Source: a virus (taxonomy: Duplodnaviria; Heunggongvirae; Uroviricota; Caudoviricetes). From it: a DNA stretch of 64,000 nucleotides. The stretch lies in IMG/VR virus record IMGVR_UViG_3300028840_008157, one strand, 5' to 3'. This document shows, piece by piece, positions 54,721 through 64,000 of this stretch (position 1 is its first letter; every line of letters starts with the position of its first letter). The notes below the pieces were generated by a model that was not told the origin of the DNA, did not search any database, and saw only the letters and a program-made list of their open reading frames with translations. The position numbers were made by a program, and so were the translations under genes.

Positions 54721-57579
54721 TCATGTCGAGGGCCCCTGCGACGCGGGCGGCGGGTTCACGTCCGGCGACGCGTCCTTGGACGCCGAGGCGAACTGCCATT
54801 CGCCCTCGAGGTTCATCCAGAACTGGTTTTCATCCGCCGACATCCGGATGGACATGTTCATGATCCTGAAGAACTGCCCGTCCAGGGAGACGATGTCGAG
54901 CGGCTTGAGGCCGGGCCTCCCGTACGTCTCGAAGCGGGTCGTGAACGGCGGTATGAACACGCGCGCCCGTAGCGTGTAAAGGTACCGAAAAAGCGCGTCG
55001 ACGGTGCCCAGGGCCGGCTCGTCCACGAACAGGCTCTTCTTGTACCCGAGGTAGCCCTCGGCGCTCGGGTTGTATATCCCCTCGCGATACGTCGAGCCGA
55101 CGGCGACCTGGTTCTGGGAGCGCTTCGTCACGGTCCTGAGCCTGATTTGGTTGTAGACGTCATTGATGAGCCTGTCGAACGAGACCATGTTGTAGGCCAT
55201 GTTCGCCGGGCTGAAGTCGCCTTCCGTGTCGTTGAGCGGGCTCGTGTAGAAGTTCGTCTTCGGCGTGAACGCGCGGTTGCTGTAGAGGCCGCCCGGCATC
55301 GTGTCGTAATGGAACTTTCCCGTCTGGTCGAAGTAGATGGTCTTCATGTCGAGCTGCGCGATCTTCAGGACGCCGTCCTTGAGCGAACTACCGTTCTTGA
55401 ACAGGAACTTCGGCTCGTCGAACGGGTTGGTGAATGGCAGCCCGAAGTCGTTCTTCAATTCCGCGTCCTTGGCGATCGTCCCGTCGGCGATGATGCGATC
55501 ATCCGGCATCCCGACGTTCCGTACGATGTCGCGCACCGCTAGGGTGGCCTTCATGCCGTCGTACGGCGGGCACAGGACGAACTTGTAGCCCTGCAAGGCG
55601 TTCATGTAATCCTCGATCTTGAACGTGATGATCTCGCGGTGCGCCTCGATGCTCACGTTGGCTCCGACGATCAATCCCTCGAAGAGCCAGAAGTCGGGAG
55701 GGCTCGTCGGGAACTTGTCTCCACCCTCGCCATAATCCCAGTATCCTCCTATCTTTACGTATGTAGCTCGGTTAGTGTATGACCTGTAGTCTCGGCCGTT
55801 CTGGAGGTTGTTAAGTACCTTTATGCTACCGGTATGCTGAAGCTCGTTGTAACTGGTCGCGTTCCAGTTCAGGTCGACGGATCGCACGTCGCAGGATATA
55901 TCGAGAACCTCCTGCGGTTCGATCCCTTCGTCTCCAGGAAGCTCCATGCGGCACATGAACAAGTACGGTGATCGCCCGTTGACGACCTTGTAGCCGTTGC
56001 CTTGCTCCACGTCGGACGCCTTCAGGCTCCCGACCGCCTTGAAGTTCTTGACCGAGACGCGCGGGTTGTTGGGCGTCCGCTGGGGTTTCTCCTCGTCCTC
56101 GATCTCCTCTATCTCTAGCCTGACCTCCCGCATGGTGGAGGCGTCCTCGGTCTCGCGCTCGGCCTGCGCGGCGGCGACCTTCTTGATCGTCTCCCCGTTG
56201 TACTTCTCGGCGTCGAGCATGTAGAGCGTCGAGTCCTGTTTCCCGTCGGACGTCGGATCCTTGAAGTTCTTGTCCTGCTCGATCTCGCCGTCGCCCTTGA
56301 GCGTCGGGGAGACGGTCGGTTCCTGGGTCGCGTTGCCGCCCCTGTAGAGGATGTCGAACCCGTAGCCCGGAGTCTCGAACGTCCCCTGCGCCTGGTACTG
56401 CAACGGGCGCATGGCGAAGCCCGCGCTCGTGTTGCCGCTGTATATCCCCAGGTTGCCCCTGCCGATGATCAACGGGTCGTTGATGGGCGCCTGGATGATC
56501 CATGGCGTGTCCTCGAAGGCGTTCGACCGGATGATGAAGCTCCCGATGACGGGCTCGATGCTGAAGGTGAAATACCGCATGTTCCTGTCGAAGAGCCTCG
56601 CCGAGTTGAACCCGGTGAACCTCGCTAGGAGCTGGGCGCGGCGCTCCTTGTTGTTCCCGATCATCTTGAACAGGAACGGCTCCTCGTTGTTCTTGAAAAT
56701 GAACAGGTAGTTGTCGTTGCTCCCGCGCCCCACCTCGATGGCGACGTAGATCGCGCTCGTCAGCTTCAGGTCGAGCAACTGGTCTCGGTCAAAGTAATTG
56801 AAATTAGGCTCCAGGGGTTCGGCGTCCTTGGCCGGCGTCGGGTCCCTCGTGCATGTGTACCAGATGATCTCGAACGGCTGGTTCTGCGCGATGGCGGTCT
56901 TGCTCCGGCAGCCCCAATGGACCGGCGAGATGTCGCTCTCCGGCTTGGAGTCCATGAAGGGCATGATGATGAGCGGCTTGTCGCCGCCCGGTATCGGCAT
57001 CGCGATGTACGTCCACGCCGGCTGGTTGGCCACCGGCGGCCGAGTAAAGAGGGGGGCTACCGGGTTCGTGTCACCCGTCTTGAACAGGTTCTCACAGCAC
57101 TGGAACGTGAAGAACTCCTTCTCGACGGGGTCGTTGGTATCCTCCGGGATTTGTTCCTCCGTCGCGACCGTCGGAGTCTCGCCTTCCGTCTCCTCCTCGT
57201 CGTCCTCCTCCGTCGCGTAGAAGTAGTTTCGGTAGCGGTAATAGGCGTTCGGGTCGGCCGGCGAGCGCGACGTCACGTCCTCCTGCTCGCCTGTCCCCTC
57301 GTCGAGGACCTTTCCCGCCTGCTCGACGAAGGCGTCCTCGAGCGCGTTGCCCTCCCGATCCTCTAGGAAGTTGTCGTACGGTGAAAATACCTCGGATATG
57401 CGCAGCCCGTTGAGGGGGGACGGGATCGGGAAGCAGTTGGTCTGCTGCATCGTCCTGAAGGAGTCTACGGTGAAGTACGTGTAGGACTCCTGGCGCGGCA
57501 TGGCGGAGAAAGGCGAGTGGTCCATGAACACGACCTTGACTCGCGCACGACCGATGTTCACGCCGCCCTTTTCGGCCAT
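54721..57579 (-). CDS. Tail hub/baseplate-like structural protein
   Basis: 952 aa; C-terminal half with LFEGLI, YFDQTGKFHY, VYNQIRL, FETYGRPGLKPLDIV resembles tail-hub proteins. Confidence 0.6.
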   Translation of the reverse strand: MAEKGGVNIGRARVKVVFMDHSPFSAMPRQESYTYFTVDSFRTMQQTNCFPIPSPLNGLRISEVFSPYDNFLEDREGNALEDAFVEQAGKVLDEGTGEQEDVTSRSPADPNAYYRYRNYFYATEEDDEEETEGETPTVATEEQIPEDTNDPVEKEFFTFQCCENLFKTGDTNPVAPLFTRPPVANQPAWTYIAMPIPGGDKPLIIMPFMDSKPESDISPVHWGCRSKTAIAQNQPFEIIWYTCTRDPTPAKDAEPLEPNFNYFDRDQLLDLKLTSAIYVAIEVGRGSNDNYLFIFKNNEEPFLFKMIGNNKERRAQLLARFTGFNSARLFDRNMRYFTFSIEPVIGSFIIRSNAFEDTPWIIQAPINDPLIIGRGNLGIYSGNTSAGFAMRPLQYQAQGTFETPGYGFDILYRGGNATQEPTVSPTLKGDGEIEQDKNFKDPTSDGKQDSTLYMLDAEKYNGETIKKVAAAQAERETEDASTMREVRLEIEEIEDEEKPQRTPNNPRVSVKNFKAVGSLKASDVEQGNGYKVVNGRSPYLFMCRMELPGDEGIEPQEVLDISCDVRSVDLNWNATSYNELQHTGSIKVLNNLQNGRDYRSYTNRATYVKIGGYWDYGEGGDKFPTSPPDFWLFEGLIVGANVSIEAHREIITFKIEDYMNALQGYKFVLCPPYDGMKATLAVRDIVRNVGMPDDRIIADGTIAKDAELKNDFGLPFTNPFDEPKFLFKNGSSLKDGVLKIAQLDMKTIYFDQTGKFHYDTMPGGLYSNRAFTPKTNFYTSPLNDTEGDFSPANMAYNMVSFDRLINDVYNQIRLRTVTKRSQNQVAVGSTYREGIYNPSAEGYLGYKKSLFVDEPALGTVDALFRYLYTLRARVFIPPFTTRFETYGRPGLKPLDIVSLDGQFFRIMNMSIRMSADENQFWMNLEGEWQFASASKDASPDVNPPPASQGPST

Positions 57580-60500
57580 TTATGATTCCTCGGCTTCCTG
57601 GCTGGGCGCCTCGGGCCACCACCAGCTCTCGCCTGCGTCCTTCGAGACTAGGGAGTACAGCTTTTGGTCATCGTCCTTGAAGAAGACGCGGTAAAAGCCT
57701 TCGTCGGTCTTGACGGCGGCCACCCGCTGGGCGGGGATTCGCGGGGCGCTGGCTCCCCTATCAACGTCTTCGATGTCGGCCTCCGTAATCCCTCTCCTGA
57801 ACATCTCCGTCGTGTAACGACCGAACAATATCTTGGGCTTGATCTCCGACAACAGGTCGTTGGCCTGCTCGTCGTCCGATTGCTTGAGGAACGCCTCGAC
57901 GGCTATCTTCACGTACATCAGGGAGTTGCGGAACACGAAGAAGATCGTCACGGAGTCCAGGGCGTCGTCGTAAAGCCCATAAGGGGATTCCGCCACGGCC
58001 GGTTGGGACTCCTCCAACTCCTGCGTCTCGACTCCCTCCTCTACCTCCACGTCCTCCTGTATGGGCGGGATGAAGGAGAAGTCCGCCGGGAGCGCATCGG
58101 ACCACGTCTTGCCGCCGTTAGCGGACCGTCGAACGAGGTTTGCCTCCTCGCTCTGGATCACGAGCAACAGGTGGCCTCTCTTGGTAAGGAACGCGCAATA
58201 CTGGACGACGGGTTGTCCCGAGGAATCCGATCCCTCGGATAACGGCCTCAGAGCTCCCAGGAAGACGTCCCTGGACGCGTCATTGGCCTTGTCCTCCCCC
58301 TCATCGGACTGGGCTCCGTCGTAGGCCATGTCGGCCCCCAACGCGTGCAACGCCTGGGCGGCGTCCCCGTCCTTGGCGTCCTCCCATCCCGAGGGCTCAT
58401 CAGGGGCCGGCAGCAGGAGGTCGTCGAAAACCTCGCTGGGGCAACGCTTGCAGCATATCTTGGCCTTGTAGAGGAAGAACAGGAACGTCGTCTTCGTGGC
58501 GTCGTCCCCGACCAGGAATGGCAGCGTCGCGTCGGGGAACGGCGTCCCGCTGTCGGCGGTGGCGTCCGAGGCGTCCCGGGCGGCCTCCGCCTGCTCCTCC
58601 TCGCTGACGACCCTCAGGGTCACGTCCCTGACCACGGAGAGCGGGCAATTGCAACCGTAGCGGACGGCCATGTCGATGCGCCCCTTGTTCTCGTAGGCCA
58701 GGTAGACGCGGCCCTCCGTGCAATCAGTCGTCGCGGTCACGTTCGAGGACTCGATGGGGAGGGACTCGGCCTTGACGTACGAGAGCTGGATCGTGCTGGC
58801 CGCCCTGAGGTCGGACAACTGGTCCTTGGGTTGCTTCTCGGGAACGGTCATCTCGGGGAGGACGGGGTCGCGGCTGCCGATCCCGAATATCCTCTCGATC
58901 GTCACGCCTTCGGACGTGTAGGAGCGGAATACGAGCCCCGGGACGTTGGTCAGGATCACGGAATCCTGGCCTTGCAGGTTCCTCGTGTCCCCGAAGTCCA
59001 TCTCGTAAAGGGCGTCGCCCTCCCCGTCGGTCTCGGCGAAGAGCGCGATCTTGGCGTTCTCGGAGGTGGAGAGCCTGAGCATGAGCGCGGTGGCGTACTT
59101 CTCCGAGGGCATCGTGACGTTCTTGTCGGCGGTGATTGTGGCCTCGAGGTCCAACTGGCTGGGGACGAGCGACGGCTTCCCGTCGGACCGGGCCGGGTTT
59201 TCCCCGACGAGGTACTTGTCGAGCGTCGAGTCCGGGACCCTGAGCGAGCGCTTTTTCCAGAAGATGTCGTCGAACCCGCGCTCGATCATCATGTCCCCGG
59301 CCTGCGTGGATAGCATGTCGAACAGCGTGGCCGAGTAGAGGCAGCAATCGTTGATCGCGACCATCCCCGTCGCGACCGTCGTCGTCGTCGCGAGGACGAT
59401 GGACGTGTTGATCATGGAGGGGCCGAAGCTCGGGACGATGACGCTCGTGTTGAACGGCCTATAGGCCATGTACTCCGTCCCCAACCTGGCCGACGCCGTC
59501 ACGTTCTCGATCCACCGAGGGGACGTGTACAGGGCGTCGACCTGGAGGCCGCTCTCGTTCCTCCCGAGTCCGATGGAGAGCGTCTCCGCGATGCCGTCCC
59601 CGGCCGCGTAGTCGAGGGCGTAGTCTATGACCTTGAACGCCTTGGACTCGTCGTAGTAGCGGCTCGTGCTCCTTCCGGACGCCTTCGCCAGCAACGGCGA
59701 GTAGGCCGTCTTCGTCACCGCGAAGTTGAAGAACGTGGGGTCCTCCCCCTCGTCGTTCAGGTTGTAGGCGTAATGAAGGGAGTCGGCGTCGGCCGCGTTC
59801 CTGACCTGCTCCTCCCTGGATGACGATGAGACGAGGCCCGGAGGGGCCTCGACGACCTCCTGTGGTTTCACCCCGAACGTCTCGGACAACCTCCAGGCGA
59901 GTTTCTCCTCTCCCTCCTCCTCGGAAACGTTGACGAGGGCGAACCGGTAGACCTTGGCCTGCCACGGTCCGCTTTGGCTCGTCTCGGTGATCTTGAAGCC
60001 TCCAAGACCGGGGCTCGCCAGGCCGATGGCCTGGCTCGATCCCGTCAGGACGACCACGTCGCGCATGACGATGGAGTCCACGGCGACGTACGAGACGTAG
60101 TTGGGCTTTGACCTGCAAATGATCCCGTTCGACAGGACGTCCACGAGCCTCCTGTCGGCTCCCGCCTGGGACAGTCTCTTGACGTCCGCCGGGGCGCCGT
60201 CGGAAAGCTTCATGGCGACGACCAAGTCATCCGCCGGCGGCTGCGAGAACGAGATGATCGACTGCCTCGAGATGGACTCGCCCTCCTGGATGAACTTCTC
60301 CTCGCCGGCGTGCAACGGGCGATAAACCTTGGAGGGGACATAGAGGACGTTGTCCTCGTATCGCAAGCCCTCGGTGGGGAGGTCTATGACGTCGCGACCC
60401 TCGAAGATCGTCACGGCGTCGTAAAGGGTATGCCTGGAGAAGACGACGGAGGGGAGGACGCTGGCGAAGACGAGGCTTGGCGCGCCCAACGCGCCCGTCA

Positions 60501-60750
60501 ACTGCTCGAAGGCATTGAGTATGTCCGTCGTGGAATCGGCCGTCGTCTGCTCCGAGACCGACTGGTAGAAGCGATAGGAGAACGCCTTCGACGGGAGCAT
60601 CCCTGACGGGAACTCGCCGCGCGGGTCGAGCGTCGAGTCGAGCGGGAACGCCGGGTCGCTGATGTCGGGCGTGGCCCCGTATACGACGGGTCGCCAGACC
60701 GTCTTGTACCCCAGGTAGTTCCACGTACGGCCACTAGTGAATATCGCCAC
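57580..60750 (-). CDS. Large tail-associated protein with BNR/Asp-box motifs
   Basis: 1056 aa; RSANGGKTW and SKDAGESW Asp-box-like motifs; directly downstream of the tape measure gene. Confidence 0.65.
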   Translation of the reverse strand: MAIFTSGRTWNYLGYKTVWRPVVYGATPDISDPAFPLDSTLDPRGEFPSGMLPSKAFSYRFYQSVSEQTTADSTTDILNAFEQLTGALGAPSLVFASVLPSVVFSRHTLYDAVTIFEGRDVIDLPTEGLRYEDNVLYVPSKVYRPLHAGEEKFIQEGESISRQSIISFSQPPADDLVVAMKLSDGAPADVKRLSQAGADRRLVDVLSNGIICRSKPNYVSYVAVDSIVMRDVVVLTGSSQAIGLASPGLGGFKITETSQSGPWQAKVYRFALVNVSEEEGEEKLAWRLSETFGVKPQEVVEAPPGLVSSSSREEQVRNAADADSLHYAYNLNDEGEDPTFFNFAVTKTAYSPLLAKASGRSTSRYYDESKAFKVIDYALDYAAGDGIAETLSIGLGRNESGLQVDALYTSPRWIENVTASARLGTEYMAYRPFNTSVIVPSFGPSMINTSIVLATTTTVATGMVAINDCCLYSATLFDMLSTQAGDMMIERGFDDIFWKKRSLRVPDSTLDKYLVGENPARSDGKPSLVPSQLDLEATITADKNVTMPSEKYATALMLRLSTSENAKIALFAETDGEGDALYEMDFGDTRNLQGQDSVILTNVPGLVFRSYTSEGVTIERIFGIGSRDPVLPEMTVPEKQPKDQLSDLRAASTIQLSYVKAESLPIESSNVTATTDCTEGRVYLAYENKGRIDMAVRYGCNCPLSVVRDVTLRVVSEEEQAEAARDASDATADSGTPFPDATLPFLVGDDATKTTFLFFLYKAKICCKRCPSEVFDDLLLPAPDEPSGWEDAKDGDAAQALHALGADMAYDGAQSDEGEDKANDASRDVFLGALRPLSEGSDSSGQPVVQYCAFLTKRGHLLLVIQSEEANLVRRSANGGKTWSDALPADFSFIPPIQEDVEVEEGVETQELEESQPAVAESPYGLYDDALDSVTIFFVFRNSLMYVKIAVEAFLKQSDDEQANDLLSEIKPKILFGRYTTEMFRRGITEADIEDVDRGASAPRIPAQRVAAVKTDEGFYRVFFKDDDQKLYSLVSKDAGESWWWPEAPSQEAEES

Positions 60751-60759
60751 GCGTCATCC

Positions 60760-63700
60760 TTACACGCCAAGGTCGTAGAGCCTCCCGCTCGTCCCTTGTG
60801 GCGCGAACATATCATTCAATACGCCGCTGAGCGCCTTGTTGACGGAGCCCACCAGCGTCTTCGCCGTGTCGCCCCTAACGGAAATGTTAAAGCTTGGAGC
60901 GATCGTTCCCCCTTGTCGTGCGATGGATGGGGACGGTGCCATTCCCGCCATTCCGCCGCCCTGGAACCTGTTGACGTTCTCGAGCAGCCCCGGGAACGCG
61001 GCCGCCGCCCTCTTGTTGACGACGAACTCGCCCGGCTCCAGGAGCGCCAGGACGCGGTCCCCGCCCCCGAATCCGGGCAGTCTGCCGCCCTCGGCCATCG
61101 CGGCGATCCATCCGCCGGCGGCCCTCGTCTGGGCCACGGCGGTCGCGCAGGCGGGATTGACGCTCGTGACGACGGGGCTGACGTCGATCTTCTGCTGCTC
61201 GAGGGTGGACTTGAGGTTCTGGCCCGCCTCCTTCTGGGCGTTGACCTGATCGCGCCCGACCTCCTTCTGGGTGTCGATGCCCTTCTCGGTGGTCTTGCGG
61301 AGCTTCTCGAGTTCGGCGCGGGTCTTCTCGCCCTCGGCGGTCTTTTGCCATTTGGCGAACTCGTTCTCGGACTCGGCCATGCGCTTGACGCCTGGTCCAC
61401 CCGCGGCGGACTTCCTGACTTCCGCTCCTTTGAGAAACTCAGCGTGCCTTTGTTTCTCCTGACGAGCCAGTTCGGCGGCGCGCTCGGCGGCGCGCTCTGA
61501 CTCGGCGGCCTCCCCGTACCGCTGCTTGGATTGCTCGAACTCGGCCTGTTCACGATGTGACTGTTCGAGCTTCTCTAGCTCGGACACCTTCTTCTGCATG
61601 CGTTCTTCGCTTTCCCGACGCTGCCTTTCCGATATGACGCGTTTCCCTTCGGTATAGATTCCCGCTTGACGCTTGGCCATTTCCGGGGCTTCCATGCCCA
61701 ACGTCTTTGCGGCCTCCTTCTGCCCTTGCGCGACGCGCTGCTCGACGTATGCCGCCATCTCCTTCTCGGCGGCCGCCCTCTTTTTGCCCAAGGCTTCGAG
61801 TTTCTTTCCGGCCTCGGCCGCCTTCTCTTGTTCCTCCGCCGCGATCTCCCGTGCCCTAGCCAACTGGGCCGCGTCGAAACTGGCGTCTTTTACGGCCTTG
61901 GCCTCGGCCTCCTGGGAGGTCTTTATCTCTGCGAGGAGTTCGGTTTCCCTCTTCTTGAGAGCGTTGATCCTGACTTGGTTGATCAGGAGTTGATCCTGTG
62001 CTTTTTGTTCCGTTTTCCTATTCTTTTCCCTGTCGAATATTTCTTTCTCGTAATCCCGGGCGATCTGCTCCTGGGTCGGTCCCTCCTCGGTTCTGAACGC
62101 CATTCTTGCTGAATACTTGGCTGCGCTTCCAAGATTCGCGACAGATTCTCCCAACATGTCCTTGAAGCCGGAAAGTTCGTCTGCGACTTTCGTTCCCCAT
62201 CCGACGTCGGCCCCTCCGGTCTGTCTTCTTAGTTCGATGTCTTCTTTCTTGGCGCTTTCCTGTTGTTTTCTTACGCGTGCGAGCTCGTTTTTGAGCGATT
62301 CCGAGCTCTTCGCCGCCGGATTTTCCGGGTTGGCGACTTCGAGGAGCTGTTTCTTTGCGATGTCCGTCGCATATTCTGTTGCCTTGGCCGACTTCTCGGT
62401 AGACTTCAGTTGGACTTCCTTCAGTTTTTCCATCTCCTGGGTAATTCTGTTGAACGCGTCCATGTCGGGAGGGGAGATTTTTACTTGGGGCTTGGATTCC
62501 TCTGGACCGTAGGTGGCCCTCGCGCCTAGCCTGCGAGACACGGCCTGTACCTGCTCGGCCGTGAACGGCTTGTCGAACGCATACCCTTCCGTCGTCATCG
62601 GGGCTCCTGGGGCGCCACGGGCACCAGGGGCTCCGGCGTAACGAACTCCCCTGACGCCGCGACCGCGCGTCCCGCCGCGACCGCCTATTCCTATCCCGGT
62701 CGTGTCGACCCCTGCCGCCGCCGCGTCCCAGTCGGCGAATCTCCTTTCGTACGCCTGGAACCTTTGCTGCTCGATGCGCTCCGACTCGGCCAGCTTCTCC
62801 TTCTCCTTCTTGTATGCCGCTTCGGCCGACGTGGGTCCCTCGCCCATGCCCGTCCCGCGACGCATTGCCTGGGCGCGACGCGTGTAATCCCGAGCCTGTG
62901 ATTCCTGCTTTTTCTTCTCGGCCGCCTCGGCGCCTGCCTTGGCACCTTCCTTGGCGCCTTCCCTGACGGCCGTTTGAGTACCCTTGTCGGGCTTGACGTC
63001 GAAAACCTGTCGAGTTCCTTCCATCAAGGCGATAATGTTGTCCATCTTCTGTAGGACCTGACCCTCGAAGCTTCCGGCGGCGGCCTCCTTCCTTATCTCT
63101 TCTGCCCGAGTCCTCTCGGCGACGGTGCTCTCACCCTTTTCGGCCTTGAGCATGACGCGCTTCTGGATCGCCTGCATCTCGGCGGCCTGCTGCTGGTTGA
63201 GCCTGCCCGAGGGGACCGTTATGGCTTGCCCTGCTCGGCCGCCCAGTTGCAACATCCCGGATTCCGGGGCTTGAGCCCCGAACTGACCCAACGGAGTCGC
63301 GGCCATGGCCGCCGGGACGTTCGGGAACATGGTCATCGGTCCATATTCCTCGCCATACCCCTGCCCGAGCTGCATGAGTTGTTGCGGACTCATGAACTGG
63401 AGCGCGCCCGGTCCGCCGCCGGGTCGCCATCTCATCGTGTGCTGGGCCGCACCGGCCCCTAGCATGCCCGCGCGCAGGCCGCCCGCAGCGAGGAACTGGC
63501 GCTGGAGCTCGCCCATGCCCATCTCGCGGCGCAGGACGAACTTGGCGAACGTCCCCTCGGCGTTCGTCATCGTCTGCATCGCCTCGAGATAACCTTCGCG
63601 CAGGTTCTTGGTCAGCGAGAGCTGTTTCGTGGTAAGGTTGACTTGCTTCTGCTGGAGGGCCGCGAGTTTCGTCTGGAGATCGATGCGTTCCTTGTCGCCC

Positions 63701-64000
63701 AGGTTCCTGGTCCGCAGGAGCGTCTGCGTTTCCTTGATCTGGGCTACGACCATGTTCTTCTGCTTCTCGAGCTGCTGGACTTGGCCGATCTGGAACTCGA
63801 GGGTCGGGCCCGCGCCGAGGTACATTTCCTTGGCCATCTGCGCCTGGGATTCCATCAAGCTGAGCTGCTGTTCCTGGAGCTGCAACGCCGGCTCGAAGCG
63901 ATCAATGCGTCGCTTCTCGAGGTCCGCGATGGCCCGCTTGTGCGTGACCACGTTCTGCTCGAGGATGCTGATGGTTCCGACGGCGTTCTGTATCTTGTTG
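60760..64000 (-). CDS. Tail tape measure-like protein, 5' end outside the window
   Basis: Long coiled-coil A/E/K/Q-rich ORF open to the window end; C-terminal MAEGGRLPGFGGGDRVLALLEPGEFVVN motif typical of tape-measure C-termini. Confidence 0.8.
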   Translation of the reverse strand, partial: NKIQNAVGTISILEQNVVTHKRAIADLEKRRIDRFEPALQLQEQQLSLMESQAQMAKEMYLGAGPTLEFQIGQVQQLEKQKNMVVAQIKETQTLLRTRNLGDKERIDLQTKLAALQQKQVNLTTKQLSLTKNLREGYLEAMQTMTNAEGTFAKFVLRREMGMGELQRQFLAAGGLRAGMLGAGAAQHTMRWRPGGGPGALQFMSPQQLMQLGQGYGEEYGPMTMFPNVPAAMAATPLGQFGAQAPESGMLQLGGRAGQAITVPSGRLNQQQAAEMQAIQKRVMLKAEKGESTVAERTRAEEIRKEAAAGSFEGQVLQKMDNIIALMEGTRQVFDVKPDKGTQTAVREGAKEGAKAGAEAAEKKKQESQARDYTRRAQAMRRGTGMGEGPTSAEAAYKKEKEKLAESERIEQQRFQAYERRFADWDAAAAGVDTTGIGIGGRGGTRGRGVRGVRYAGAPGARGAPGAPMTTEGYAFDKPFTAEQVQAVSRRLGARATYGPEESKPQVKISPPDMDAFNRITQEMEKLKEVQLKSTEKSAKATEYATDIAKKQLLEVANPENPAAKSSESLKNELARVRKQQESAKKEDIELRRQTGGADVGWGTKVADELSGFKDMLGESVANLGSAAKYSARMAFRTEEGPTQEQIARDYEKEIFDREKNRKTEQKAQDQLLINQVRINALKKRETELLAEIKTSQEAEAKAVKDASFDAAQLARAREIAAEEQEKAAEAGKKLEALGKKRAAAEKEMAAYVEQRVAQGQKEAAKTLGMEAPEMAKRQAGIYTEGKRVISERQRRESEERMQKKVSELEKLEQSHREQAEFEQSKQRYGEAAESERAAERAAELARQEKQRHAEFLKGAEVRKSAAGGPGVKRMAESENEFAKWQKTAEGEKTRAELEKLRKTTEKGIDTQKEVGRDQVNAQKEAGQNLKSTLEQQKIDVSPVVTSVNPACATAVAQTRAAGGWIAAMAEGGRLPGFGGGDRVLALLEPGEFVVNKRAAAAFPGLLENVNRFQGGGMAGMAPSPSIARQGGTIAPSFNISVRGDTAKTLVGSVNKALSGVLNDMFAPQGTSGRLYDLGV

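Noticed and set aside
1-64000. Stop-codon reassignment, tRNAs, terminase and cas genes
   Set aside because: Genes are full length in the standard code with all three stops used; no tRNA cloverleaf, terminase or Cas motifs were recognised by eye, though they may lie outside the window.

Overview
A high-GC 64-kb segment of a large tailed (jumbo-type) phage genome read in the standard code. No host housekeeping block, rRNA or tRNA was seen. 1-25.7 kb (+) is a head module: a run of uncharacterised, probably virion-internal proteins, two NHL-repeat proteins, a portal interrupted by an atypical LAGLIDADG intein and ending in a DUF559/Vsr-like nuclease domain, a very large prohead protease-like protein, an acidic scaffold-like protein, a decoration protein and an HK97-fold major capsid protein. 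25.8-50 kb is an accessory and DNA-metabolism region: sulfotransferase, GT9-like glycosyltransferase, amidoligase, methyltransferase, dCMP deaminase, GHKL ATPase, topoisomerase IA, 5'(3')-nucleotidase, an SbcD-SbcC single-chain fusion, Gp88, Vsr and ClpC. 50-64 kb (-) is a tail module ending in a tape-measure-like gene cut by the window edge. The most striking non-coding signal is a set of solitary type I-C CRISPR-repeat-like hairpins (2709, 3983, 9885, possibly 21197) at gene junctions of the head operon, with no array or cas gene in the window. Other notable signals are a recurring AGG(A/G)-N18-GAA promoter-like motif and a shared 'AS(S)-x(3-6)-[KR]-x-A' peptide motif across head proteins that may mark maturation-protease sites. 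All assignments come from motif recognition by eye; no database searches were run.
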